A stretch of 64,000 nucleotides of DNA, taken from positions 3,680,001 through 3,744,000 of the forward strand of contig CBDCTK010000002.1 in the NCBI GenBank assembly GCA_965222225.1, read 5' to 3'. How positions within the stretch are numbered: the stretch's first letter is position 1; the number at the start of each line of letters is the position of its first letter. Made by a program: the position numbers and the translations under genes. This DNA is from Candidatus Poribacteria bacterium (GTDB lineage: Bacteria > Poribacteria > WGA-4E > JAJDTR01). Of the stretch, positions 50,777 to 60,788 are shown one piece after another. The notes beneath the pieces were generated by a model. That model searched no databases. It had not been told where the DNA came from and saw only the letters and a program-made list of their open reading frames with translations.

Positions 50777-51301
50777 ATGCTAATAGATTTTGAAGGGTTG
50801 TCACCGAAAATTCATCCCACCGTCTTCATTGCTCCCGGCGCAATGCTTATCGGCGATGTCACTATCGGTGAAGATTCAGGAGTTTGGTTCAATTGTGTTT
50901 TACGTGCAGATATTGATAGAATTGAGGTCGGAGCCAGATCGAATATTCAGGATGGCACCGTCATCCATCTCGATACAGGTATTCCGACTATCATCGGAGA
51001 TGATGTTACTATCGGTCACGCCGCCATTATCCATGCTTGCACTATTGGTGACGGAGCCTTGATTGGAATGGGCGCGATTATTCTCTCCGGAGCAAAAATC
51101 GGTGAGGAGGCAATTGTTGCCGCAGGTACTCTTGTCCGCGAGGGACAGGAAATCCCGCCACGCTCGGTAGCTATGGGGGTGCCCGCGCAAGTCAGACGGG
51201 AGCCGACAGAGGAAGATCTCAAACGTATGCGAGATAATGCTGAGGGATATGCCCGACGCGGTGTAATCATGCGAAAAACGATTGGGGACACACAATCGTA
51301 G
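50777..51301 (+). CDS. Gamma carbonic anhydrase family protein
   Basis: Hexapeptide repeats, LRAD, NIQDGTVIH, IGH..IIHAC. Confidence 0.93.
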   Translation: MLIDFEGLSPKIHPTVFIAPGAMLIGDVTIGEDSGVWFNCVLRADIDRIEVGARSNIQDGTVIHLDTGIPTIIGDDVTIGHAAIIHACTIGDGALIGMGAIILSGAKIGEEAIVAAGTLVREGQEIPPRSVAMGVPAQVRREPTEEDLKRMRDNAEGYARRGVIMRKTIGDTQS

Positions 51302-51411
51302 CAAACGTGCCAACAGCGACACGATGCGTAGTGGCCCTACGGTAAAACGGCGGGCGACGGTTCTTGCCACTCAATCTGCTATCAGCTAACTCAAACAAGA
51401 CATTACAGATA

Positions 51412-51720
51412 ATGCTTGACCTAAACGCAAATCTCCCAATGACGCTTGACGAAATACCCGAGTCCGATCAACAAGCGTTGCTTGAAAAAGTTGCGACACA
51501 GATTGTGAAGCGGCGATTGACTGTGCCCGCCATCATGGCTCTTGAAATTTGTAAACCCCTTAACTTTCTGGGTAGTCAAGCCCTCATAGCTTTCAATCCG
51601 TTTGTTCAATCAATCTTCAACTCCGCCGATTACCAGAAGTTTGCATTAATTATTGAAAAAGACGCGAACGTTGAATCCCTAATCAAATTAATCGAAGATT
51701 TAGACAAAGAGGAGAAATAG
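51412..51720 (+). CDS. Small conserved hypothetical protein
   Basis: Ends 1 nt before the GlmL-like gene; start uncertain (51412 or 51439). Confidence 0.7.
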   Translation: MLDLNANLPMTLDEIPESDQQALLEKVATQIVKRRLTVPAIMALEICKPLNFLGSQALIAFNPFVQSIFNSADYQKFALIIEKDANVESLIKLIEDLDKEEK

Positions 51721-51721
51721 T

Positions 51722-53581
51722 GTGCCAGAAACGGTAAATGCCTCCGAAGAAATTGAGACATCGTCGAACGTAACGAAGGAGATCCGTTCGATTATTGCGA
51801 CGGATTGCGGCAGTACGACAACCAAGGCAATCCTAATCGAAAAACGGGGCGATGAATATCGGCTTATCATCCGGGGTGAAGCGCCGACGACTGTTGAAGC
51901 GCCCGTTGAAGATGTCACCGCCGGAGTGATTAACGCAATTACGGAGGTTGAAGAACTCGCCGGACGCCAGCTTTTGGATAACGGGCAAATCATCAAGCCG
52001 CAGCAAGATGGCGCAGGAGTCGATTTGTATATCTCAACCAGTAGCGCTGGAGGAGGGTTGCAGATGATGGTGGCGGGCGTCGTCCGAAATCTCACCGCGG
52101 AAAGCGCCGAGCGTGCGGCGCTCGGCGCTGGAGCGATTGTGATGGATGTCATCGCTTCGAACGATAAGCGCCTTGCCCACGAGAAAATTGAGCGTATTCG
52201 AGCCCTGCGCCCGGATATGATTCTCTTGTCGGGTGGTGTTGACGGGGGCACGACCTCCCACGTCACCGAACTCGCAGAAATAATTGGGGCTGCCAATCCG
52301 ACCCCACGCTTGGGAATCGGTTACGAATTGCCAGTCATTTACGCCGGCAACAAGGATGCCAGTAATCTAATTGGCGAGGAACTTGAAGGAAAGATGTCGC
52401 TTGAGATTGTGGACAACCTGCGCCCGGTGTTGGAACATGAAAACCTAATGCCCACTCGTCTGAAGATTCAGGATCAGTTTCTGGAGCATGTTATGGCACA
52501 TGCGCCCGGGTATAGGAAGTTGATTGACTGGACAGATGCGCCGATTATGCCGACGCCGGGCGCCGTTGGCGCGATTATGCAAACTGTTGCAGACCAACAG
52601 AAGATTCAGGTCGTCGGTGTTGACATCGGCGGCGCAACAACGGACGTATTCTCCGTCTTTAAGAATCGCGAAGGGAGTGCAACGTTCAATCGAACCGTGA
52701 GCGCCAACCTCGGAATGAGTTACAGCATTTCCAATGTTCTTGCCGAGGCGGGATTGGAAAACATCTTGCGCTGGGTGCCTTTCGAAATCGACCAAGCCGA
52801 CCTGCGCAACCGAATCCGGAACAAGACCATCCGTCCGACTACCATCCCACAAACCCTTCAGGAACTGATTGTTGAACAGGCAATTGCCCGCGAAGCGCTG
52901 CGGCTCGCCTTTGAACAGCACAAGCAACTTGCCGTTGAGTTGCGGGGTACGCAGCAACAGCGTACAATCTCCGAAGCCTTCGCTCAATCCGAAGGCGGGG
53001 GGACGCTTGTAAACATGCTTGGGTTAGACATGATTGTCGGCAGCGGCGGCGTACTTTCGCACGCCCCCCGACGGCAGCAAGCCATGCTAATGATGATTGA
53101 TGCCTTTCAGCCGGAGGGAATTACGCGCCTCGCCGTCGATAGTATCTTTATGATGCCGCAACTCGGTGTACTCGCACAAGTCAATCAAGAGGCGGCAACG
53201 CAGGTGTTTGAACGTGATTGCCTTGTCCATCTAGGCACCTGTATTGCTCCCGTAGGAGCCGCAAATCCCGGCGGTGCCTGTCTCTCTATCCGCGTGGAAC
53301 AGTCGGAAAAAGAGACCATTATTGAAGATGTTCCGTTTGGACAATTGCGATTGTATCCGCTCGGAGTTGGACAAAAAGCGCAGGTTAAGTTACAGCCAGA
53401 CCGTCGTTTCGACGTGGGCGCCGAACGTGGCCATGTTCTGGAATCCGAGGTGACCGGGGGTGTGGTCGGTCTAGTCGTGGATACACGAGGACGCCCATTC
53501 GAGATTTGCCCTGATCCCAAACTGCGCGTCCCTGCCCTCAAGAAATGGACGGAAACGCTCAACGTGTACGGCGCCCATTGA
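51722..53581 (+). CDS. GlmL/MutL-like (glutamate mutase L) ASKHA ATPase
   Basis: DCGSTTTK, SSAGGGL, GGVDGG, MPTPGAV, DIGGATTDVFS, RTVSANLGM. Confidence 0.88.
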   Translation: MPETVNASEEIETSSNVTKEIRSIIATDCGSTTTKAILIEKRGDEYRLIIRGEAPTTVEAPVEDVTAGVINAITEVEELAGRQLLDNGQIIKPQQDGAGVDLYISTSSAGGGLQMMVAGVVRNLTAESAERAALGAGAIVMDVIASNDKRLAHEKIERIRALRPDMILLSGGVDGGTTSHVTELAEIIGAANPTPRLGIGYELPVIYAGNKDASNLIGEELEGKMSLEIVDNLRPVLEHENLMPTRLKIQDQFLEHVMAHAPGYRKLIDWTDAPIMPTPGAVGAIMQTVADQQKIQVVGVDIGGATTDVFSVFKNREGSATFNRTVSANLGMSYSISNVLAEAGLENILRWVPFEIDQADLRNRIRNKTIRPTTIPQTLQELIVEQAIAREALRLAFEQHKQLAVELRGTQQQRTISEAFAQSEGGGTLVNMLGLDMIVGSGGVLSHAPRRQQAMLMMIDAFQPEGITRLAVDSIFMMPQLGVLAQVNQEAATQVFERDCLVHLGTCIAPVGAANPGGACLSIRVEQSEKETIIEDVPFGQLRLYPLGVGQKAQVKLQPDRRFDVGAERGHVLESEVTGGVVGLVVDTRGRPFEICPDPKLRVPALKKWTETLNVYGAH

Positions 53582-53609
53582 GTTAGAGTGTGTGACATTT
53601 AATCGGGTA

Positions 53610-54194
53610 TCACGGTTGCGCTGCCAATTCAATCGCCCCGCAACCGATTCGCGCTCCAGCGGCACCCGACGGTTGTGAGGTAAAATCATCCGCGCCCGCA
53701 TGGACGATAATGCCTCGTCCAACGATATCTACGTTGGAACCGGTGCCTATTTCCCAAAGGTCTGTCGTCAACTCAATACTGCCAGTCCCATCCTCGCCGA
53801 CGTTGATGTTGCCGATGTCGCCAAGATGGAATCCGCCTTCGCCCCACATTCCGTGTGCAACACCGGTGGGATTCCAATGCCCGCCTGCCGACTTTCCGTC
53901 CGGGGAGCTGCAGTCGCCGTATTCATGGATATGAACGGCGTGAAGCCCCGGGGACGCGTTGTTGATTTCAACGAGAAGCGTAATCTGATCGCCGGTCTGT
54001 CGAAAAGTCGCTGCCCCAGTCACGCTACTTCCGCTCGTCGGACCAATTATCGCGATCGCTTGTTGCGAAGCTGGAGCGTCGGCTCCATTGAATAGATCCT
54101 GAAGCATGCCGCAACTCGCCAAATTCATGACGAGTCCAATCAGAAATAGTGGAAACCAGTAAGTTGTATTGAAAGCGTTCAAAGTCTTTTTCAT
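53610..54194 (-). CDS. sodC: Cu/Zn superoxide dismutase, lipoprotein
   Basis: LASC lipobox, HAVHIHE, AGGHWNP, HLGDIGN, GARIGCG. Confidence 0.95.
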   Translation of the reverse strand: MKKTLNAFNTTYWFPLFLIGLVMNLASCGMLQDLFNGADAPASQQAIAIIGPTSGSSVTGAATFRQTGDQITLLVEINNASPGLHAVHIHEYGDCSSPDGKSAGGHWNPTGVAHGMWGEGGFHLGDIGNINVGEDGTGSIELTTDLWEIGTGSNVDIVGRGIIVHAGADDFTSQPSGAAGARIGCGAIELAAQP

Positions 54195-54462
54195 TGCTAA
54201 ATCCTCCGAGTCAAAGTAAAATTGAGAAGTTTGGATGCCGTTTTCCCAGTAAAATTCATTGTATTGTGAGGAGCAGGCTTACCAAGGCAATGACTTGAGT
54301 TTAACACAAGGACTTTGGAATATCAACTTCAAAGCACGGAGTTTCATTATCCTTGAGTTTGTCCGAAGTTGGGGCCCCAATCAGACGAGCTGAACTTCTG
54401 CTCTGCAACTTTGCTTCTGCTTCGGTAACCACATTCCGCTTCCCTTGAAGGAGAGACCAACA

Positions 54463-55479
54463 ATGGCAGTAGAAAACCCAATGGACAACATAGAATCCGG
54501 TATAAAAGTAGCCGCCCAGATGTCCCCCGAACCAAGTAAAGAAGATTTACAATTTGTTCGACAGATGGGCGTCGAATACGTTGTATTGTGGACTGACGGT
54601 GCGCACGCAAACTATGACTATTTCATGAGCCGTCGCGATATTTTCGAGAATGCAGGCCTCAAAATATACGGCTTCGGCAACGGCGATGTGCACTGCCAGG
54701 CGGCGCTCGTGTTAAACCTGCCCAACCGCGATGAAAAGGTTGAACAGTACAAACGTTACATTCGCGATTTGGGTAAAGCGGGAATTCCCTACACCACCTA
54801 CGCCCATATGGCGAACGGCGTCTGGAGCACCAATCCCGAGCAAGCCCGTGGCGGCGCTCAGGCGCGCGCTTTTGATCTAGCCAAAGCCGAGAACAGGAGC
54901 CAAGGGACAAATCAGACGCGGCTAACCCACGGGCGCGAATACTCCGAGGATGAGATTTGGGACAATTTCACCCATTTCATCAGGGAGGCGGTTCCAGTCG
55001 CGGAGGAAGCAGGTGTCATGATCGGCATCCACCCGGACGATCCACCCGGGCCAAGTCTAGGCGGCGTTCCGCGCTGTATTTTTAGCAGCTTCGAAGGGTA
55101 TGAACGCGCTCTTGACATCGCCGATAGCCCCAACGTGGGGATGTGTTTCTGTGTGGGCTGCTGGTTGGAGGGCGGCGAAATGATGGGGAAGGATGTGTTG
55201 GAGTCCATCCGCTACTTCGGCGAGCAGGGAAAAATCTTTAAGATACATTTCCGCAATGTGGACAAACCGCTGCCGCACTTTGTGGAGTCATTCGTGGACA
55301 ACGGTTACATGGACATGTATCAAGTGATGAAGGTCATGCGGAAGGTCAATTTCAAGGGGGTGGCGATTCCGGACCATATTCCTCAGATGGCGGACGACGG
55401 TCGGGTCGGGACAGCCTATACCATTGCCTATATGAATGCGCTTGTAAAACGTGCCAATGAGGAAGTGGAAGACATGTAA
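54463..55479 (+). CDS. uxuA: Mannonate dehydratase-like protein
   Basis: HPDDPP, IHFRNV, PDHIP. Confidence 0.8.
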   Translation: MAVENPMDNIESGIKVAAQMSPEPSKEDLQFVRQMGVEYVVLWTDGAHANYDYFMSRRDIFENAGLKIYGFGNGDVHCQAALVLNLPNRDEKVEQYKRYIRDLGKAGIPYTTYAHMANGVWSTNPEQARGGAQARAFDLAKAENRSQGTNQTRLTHGREYSEDEIWDNFTHFIREAVPVAEEAGVMIGIHPDDPPGPSLGGVPRCIFSSFEGYERALDIADSPNVGMCFCVGCWLEGGEMMGKDVLESIRYFGEQGKIFKIHFRNVDKPLPHFVESFVDNGYMDMYQVMKVMRKVNFKGVAIPDHIPQMADDGRVGTAYTIAYMNALVKRANEEVEDM

Positions 55480-55873
55480 CCCAGGTTGTCGCTTAAAAGG
55501 AACGCGGCAAACCGGGAGGACGTGAGTTAAGTTGGGTCAATAATCGCACGTAGTGTATTGTCAAATCCACTACGTGCGTACGGGTATGGCTTGGATATAT
55601 CTATCCAAGCCGAGCAGGATTGAATTATCCGGAAAATCGGTAGCTAGTAGGTTGGGTTGAAGGGAAGTGTAAGCTCTACAAGGGTTTCAATAAAGTGCCT
55701 GCTTTTTGATGCCACTAGCGTGTGGATGAAGAGAGTGAAACCCAACAACCTCATTACCCACAGGTACAGTCGAGGGTGGTGTGGAAGCAAATCTTCAATC
55801 CTTCCTGCCCACTTTCCCCGGTCGCCTCAGAAAATAAACTTTAGTAATGAAACTTGCTTACAAGGAGCGTTTC

Positions 55874-56467
55874 ATGAGCATAGAATACCCTCCCCAAATT
55901 GATGAATTCGTTCAGAAACTTGATGCGCGTCAACCACTGCCCCCACTCGCGCCGGAGAAGGAGTGGGATACCGACCTGACGAAACGGATTCAAGAAACCA
56001 AAATAACAGATCTCTTTGACGGTCGGGCACTCAAAGATTCATCCCTGGCAAATGCCGTGAAATCCGGACTGCTGCTCTGGAATGATGCGTTGGACGACTC
56101 TCACAACATCTCTCAGGGAATCGCCTCCAAGACGGGCAGTTATTGGCACGGTATTATGCACCGGCGCGAACCGGACTATAGCAATTCCAAATATTGGTTC
56201 GCCCGAGTGGGGAACCATCCCGTCTTCCCTGCGCTGCGCAAGCGCGTTCTGGATACCCTCAATGCTGAGCCAAGCCAATCGACGCAGCTTGCTCGCTACA
56301 TGGAGGCAATCGAGCAAAAGGACAACTGGGATGCCCCGAAATTTATCGATTGGTGCCAAGACGCCGCCGGGCATACCGAGGGGGAGGTCGTTCAGTTCTT
56401 GCAAACGGTGCAGGTCGAGGAGATTAAACTCCTGCTTGACTACTCCTGCCGAAATGCCCTTGCCTGA
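55874..56467 (+). CDS. Conserved hypothetical protein
   Basis: SH.ISQ, YWHGIMHRREPDYSNSKYWF motif; AGGAG RBS. Confidence 0.8.
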   Translation: MSIEYPPQIDEFVQKLDARQPLPPLAPEKEWDTDLTKRIQETKITDLFDGRALKDSSLANAVKSGLLLWNDALDDSHNISQGIASKTGSYWHGIMHRREPDYSNSKYWFARVGNHPVFPALRKRVLDTLNAEPSQSTQLARYMEAIEQKDNWDAPKFIDWCQDAAGHTEGEVVQFLQTVQVEEIKLLLDYSCRNALA

Positions 56468-56586
56468 AAGCAGGCAGATTTGAAGGTCGCCCTGAAAAAC
56501 CCTCGGATACGAGAGTTTTGTGTCTAGTATATGGAGCGGTTGTTCTGTTGGGTCGGGAGACCATCCATGATTTGAGGGAGAAATCG

Positions 56587-58572
56587 ATGAATTTCCGACA
56601 GAAAATCACACTATATCTTTTACTCTATATCGCGATGTGCAGCGCCGCATTCGCCCAAGTCGTTGAGATACCCGACCCCAACCTTCGCGCTGCCATCGCC
56701 GATGTGTTGGGCATCCCGCGTGGCGCTCCCATCACCCAAGACGATATGAATCGCCTGACACACCTTGACGTTCTGGACCAAGGTATAGCCAATCTAACCG
56801 GCTTGGAGTTCGCAATAAATCTCACGTCCCTTCGTATTGCCGACAACCCAATATCTGACCTACGTCCACTCGCCGGGTTGACCCAGTTGGAAGACCTATC
56901 AATGTGGGCGGTTCGTCATGCCGACATTAGTCCACTGTCCAATCTCACGAGTCTCCGAGGTCTTGACATTGCAGCATGTATTATTGACGACATTAGCGCG
57001 TTAGCAACGTTAACCCAACTTGTCGGGCTTAATATCAGAGGGAACAACATTGCCGATATTCGTCCGCTGTCAAATCTCAAACGACTTAAATCTTTACATG
57101 CCGATAATAATCGTATTACTGATGTCACTCCACTTAGCAATTTGCCAAGGCTGGACTGGTTAGAAATCCACCACAATCAAATAACCGACCATAGCCCGCT
57201 GGACGCGCTCGCACTGTCTCATTTTACGTATGATCAAACATGCGAGATGCCGCCGCTTCCCCTTGAACCACGATTAGCGAATAGAAACTACCCTTCGGTA
57301 TTTACGCGATGGGGCGGCGCTTCTAGAATTGACAATCGTCCCGATGTATCCTTGACGGAAAATACCGCGCTTCATGATTTATGGTACGACGGCCCTCAAT
57401 TTGATTTAGAATTCCAAGAAACATCTCACGGCTTTGCGATAGCCGGCATTCTTGACGAGGCGGTGCAAAGACGCGATGAATATCTTTCTATCAATCCAAA
57501 CATGGTGTTCATTGTTGATATCCGGATGAGAGAAGAGTGGGTATGGGACCTTCCCGAGAACTGGCCGGGCTGGATACGAGACGCCGATGGCCAAAGAGTA
57601 AGCGATTGGCCCGACGCTTTCCTGAACGATTTTACTAACCCACTTGTCCAAGATCGCATTGTCCAACAGGCCATTGCAGTATCCAAGTGCGGTTTGTACG
57701 ACGGCATTTTCTTCGATTATTGGACCGAGAAATGGCCCGTTCTTTCGGGCTGGCGCAGTATGGAAGCTGAACAACGCGCTCGTGACGAGATCTTGAGACG
57801 CATCCGCGCGGCAACCCGCCCGAATTTCCTAATAACGGGCAATGTGAATAATGCAATACTTCCTAGAACCACACCTTACGTCAACAGTGGATTCATGGAA
57901 ACAGTGGTACCGGCTGATCGTGATCTGGAAGATGTCACACGGGAAATAAATATCGACGCCAATTCTCTGTTCTGGCTAGATAAGAATCTGCGCGAACCGC
58001 GTGTCAACGGAATAGAAGGCTGGGCAGTTCCCACCGAAGCACCCGATAGCCCAACGAACCTCCGCTGGATGCGGGCTTTCACTGCACTCAGCCTAACGCA
58101 TTCCGACGAGTACGTCGCTTACCGAAATATAATAGGAGACTCTTACCACTGGTACGACTTCTGCGATGCTAACCTCGGACGCCCCGTCGGGGAGAAGGGG
58201 CAGGTCTATGAGGGGCGATCAAGCGAGGGGACAGCGAGTGCGATAGAGATCCCAGGGCTTTATATCCGCGAATTCACGAACGGCTGGGCTGTTTACAACC
58301 ACAGCGGCGCGGCGCAGGTCATCACGCTGCCGGAGGAGGTGCAGGGCGTCGCTAGCGGGTTGGTAAACACGGAGCATGCGCTCCCCAACCTTGACGGGGA
58401 GATGTATCTGCGCGTCAAACCGAAGAACCCGGCGGATGTCAACGGGGACGGGGTGGTGAATATCTTCGACTTAACGATAGTTGCGCAGGAATTCGGGACG
58501 GATAGTTTGAAGGGAGATGAGGATGGGGTTGTCAATGTGTTTGACCTTGTGTTTGTGGCGAACCAATTCTGA
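56587..58572 (+). CDS. Secreted internalin-like LRR protein with a glycoside-hydrolase-like domain and C-terminal dockerin-like motif
   Basis: Signal peptide, IPDPNLRAAI cap, N.ISDL.PL..LT.L repeats, YDGIFFD, DVNGDGVVNIFDL. Confidence 0.85.
   Translation: MNFRQKITLYLLLYIAMCSAAFAQVVEIPDPNLRAAIADVLGIPRGAPITQDDMNRLTHLDVLDQGIANLTGLEFAINLTSLRIADNPISDLRPLAGLTQLEDLSMWAVRHADISPLSNLTSLRGLDIAACIIDDISALATLTQLVGLNIRGNNIADIRPLSNLKRLKSLHADNNRITDVTPLSNLPRLDWLEIHHNQITDHSPLDALALSHFTYDQTCEMPPLPLEPRLANRNYPSVFTRWGGASRIDNRPDVSLTENTALHDLWYDGPQFDLEFQETSHGFAIAGILDEAVQRRDEYLSINPNMVFIVDIRMREEWVWDLPENWPGWIRDADGQRVSDWPDAFLNDFTNPLVQDRIVQQAIAVSKCGLYDGIFFDYWTEKWPVLSGWRSMEAEQRARDEILRRIRAATRPNFLITGNVNNAILPRTTPYVNSGFMETVVPADRDLEDVTREINIDANSLFWLDKNLREPRVNGIEGWAVPTEAPDSPTNLRWMRAFTALSLTHSDEYVAYRNIIGDSYHWYDFCDANLGRPVGEKGQVYEGRSSEGTASAIEIPGLYIREFTNGWAVYNHSGAAQVITLPEEVQGVASGLVNTEHALPNLDGEMYLRVKPKNPADVNGDGVVNIFDLTIVAQEFGTDSLKGDEDGVVNVFDLVFVANQF
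58218..58252 (+). repeat. 35-nt mini-element inside a coding sequence
   Basis: cg[atcaagcgaggggacagcgagtgcgatagagatcc]ca, read as RSSEGTASAIEIP. Confidence 0.85.
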
Positions 58573-58743
58573 TGAAAACTGAAGGGAATAACAATCGTCA
58601 TTCCCTACGAAGAAGAGGCTGGTGCAGGGAGAAGCGGGAAATCGTCGCTCACTCCGCAAATGTATAGCATACTAACGACCGAAAAACCGCGGGCCTCAAT
58701 GGGACGACATGCGGCAACTTGCGTTATGATAGGGCAAATTCTT

Positions 58744-58989
58744 ATGGAGACTTCACCTCAAGAAAACGCTCAACAGTGGATTGAAAGCTGGAAACGTGCA
58801 TCAGTTGCTTTGGAAGCTGTAAAACGACACGAACTCCGCACCTACGATTATGCGAAAAACCAAGCCATTGTGGACGGGATGTTACATTGGGCTTTTGAAC
58901 ATCGAAAGGTGCGATTGAATAGCGGACTGGTTGAACAACAACACCTATTCATGAAGATGAAATCATCATTAAGTGACTCAGCGGCGTGA
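58744..58989 (+). CDS. Small hypothetical protein
   Basis: 81-aa ORF, W..WKRA...SGLVEQQ; start uncertain. Confidence 0.6.
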   Translation: METSPQENAQQWIESWKRASVALEAVKRHELRTYDYAKNQAIVDGMLHWAFEHRKVRLNSGLVEQQHLFMKMKSSLSDSAA

Positions 58990-59036
58990 GTCCCGCACGA
59001 ACATACACTTGTCGAAACCGGTGAAGGAGAATAACA

Positions 59037-60557
59037 ATGGCGATGATTGACATTGGACCCACCAAGCAGCTCTTCTTTGATGATTTCCTGATTGAAAGTT
59101 TGGCCAACGCAAAACAGGGACTCAACCCCGCAGTAAAGGTGGATGACAACCCTATCCTCCGCCCGGAGCGTCCGTGGGAAGGAAATTTCATGCGGCCCTT
59201 CACGGTGATTTTTGACCCAACCGATCAAATCTTCAAGATGTGGTACACCGCCTCAACCGTCACCGTACGCCTCGAAAACGGGAAGCCGGTTCCCGGTGGC
59301 GCTTCGGGCCTTGTCTGGGACACCCAAGGCGAAGTGATGTGTCTGGCGACCTCTGAGGATGGGATTCACTGGGAACGACCATCGTTGGGACTCGTTGAGT
59401 TCGACGGCTCGACGGACAATAACATCCTCCCCGAAAAAGAAAATCTGCCGACAGCGCCGGGCTTCCTAGACCTGCACGAGAACGATCCTGCCAAACGGTA
59501 CAAGGCACTGCTCATGATCGGCAGCACGCATACACGAGGGATGCAATACAATCTCTTCTATTCCCCGGATGCGCTCAACTGGACTCCCTACGAACATAAC
59601 CCCGTCATTGATACCGGACAGGAATTGGGACGTTGGGCGGGTCGTTTCCAAGGCTGGGATCCGATACGCGAGACATACTACGTCACAATGGAAGCCAGCC
59701 ACCACTGGCGGGGACCTTACGGCAAACGGCTTGTCGGCAGGGCAGAGAGTCCGGACATGATACACTGGAGTGAGCCGGAGATTATCCTTGTGCCGGACGA
59801 GCACGACTATCCGGACACTGAGTTCTATAGCCTGCCGGTCATCGCCTACGAGGGTATCTACGTTGGACTGCTGTGGATCTTCCGCACCACCAACGTGACC
59901 CATCATCCGGAAGTCATCTTCAGCCGGGATGGATTCCACTTTCAGCGAAACTACCGGGAACCCTTCATACCCCGTGGCGGTTCGCAATCGGACTTTGACT
60001 CAAGTAGCGTATACGTTCAAACCATCATCGTTCACGGGGACCGCATCCTCACCTACTATATCGGCACAAACAGTCGATCGCCTGAAATTGCTTTGGAGTT
60101 AGGCGACAAGTCTGTGGAAGGGATTGGGTTGGCGGTCTCACGCCTGGACGGATTTGTCTCTCTCGACAGTGGGAAGGGTTGGGTTACCAAGAACAGATCT
60201 GAGGAGGAACTACAACACATCTATACCGAGGGGCAAATTTTCCAAGAGCCTGAGTCCTTCGGTCAGATGACGACCCGCCCGTTTGGGTTCTCCGGGTCTC
60301 GCCTGTACCTGAACACAAGCATGGCACCGATCGCCGCCGGACCGGGTCCCGGCGAGGTGCGGGTTGAAATTTTAAGGGCAAACCATAAGAAATTGCCCGG
60401 ATTTAGCTTCAACGATGCCGACCCGATTACGGAATCCGGTACTTCTCAAGTTGTCTCGTGGAATGGCAGTTCCGACGTGAGCGCTCTGGCTAACCAGCCG
60501 ATAAAGCTGCGTTTCTACTTCAAGAACGCCAAGCTCTACTCTTTTCAGTTCAAGTAA
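59037..60557 (+). CDS. Five-bladed beta-propeller glycosidase-like protein (GH32/43/130 clan)
   Basis: QLFFDD, ATSEDGIHW, SPDALNW, SRDGFHF, RLDGFVS. Confidence 0.75.
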   Translation: MAMIDIGPTKQLFFDDFLIESLANAKQGLNPAVKVDDNPILRPERPWEGNFMRPFTVIFDPTDQIFKMWYTASTVTVRLENGKPVPGGASGLVWDTQGEVMCLATSEDGIHWERPSLGLVEFDGSTDNNILPEKENLPTAPGFLDLHENDPAKRYKALLMIGSTHTRGMQYNLFYSPDALNWTPYEHNPVIDTGQELGRWAGRFQGWDPIRETYYVTMEASHHWRGPYGKRLVGRAESPDMIHWSEPEIILVPDEHDYPDTEFYSLPVIAYEGIYVGLLWIFRTTNVTHHPEVIFSRDGFHFQRNYREPFIPRGGSQSDFDSSSVYVQTIIVHGDRILTYYIGTNSRSPEIALELGDKSVEGIGLAVSRLDGFVSLDSGKGWVTKNRSEEELQHIYTEGQIFQEPESFGQMTTRPFGFSGSRLYLNTSMAPIAAGPGPGEVRVEILRANHKKLPGFSFNDADPITESGTSQVVSWNGSSDVSALANQPIKLRFYFKNAKLYSFQFK

Positions 60558-60625
60558 TAGATTTCGCTTGAATAACAGTGCATATGATGTTTTAATCATA
60601 TCATTCTCTTTCTCCGTATGCGGGG

Positions 60626-60660
60626 ATCAAGGGAGTGAATAGTGACCGCGATAGAGATCC
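60626..60660 (+). repeat. 35-nt mini-element inserted in a terminator-like hairpin
   Basis: atgcgggg[atcaagggagtgaatagtgaccgcgatagagatcc]ccttgccccgcat. Confidence 0.88.
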
Positions 60661-60788
60661 CCTTGCCCCGCATCGGTAAGTTTTGATTAACGCTATTAAT
60701 GCACTCCAAATATAGGGAATTGGTATTACAAACCGAACTGTGTAAGTTCCACTATATATAACTCAATCTCACCCGAGGAGGCTATACC

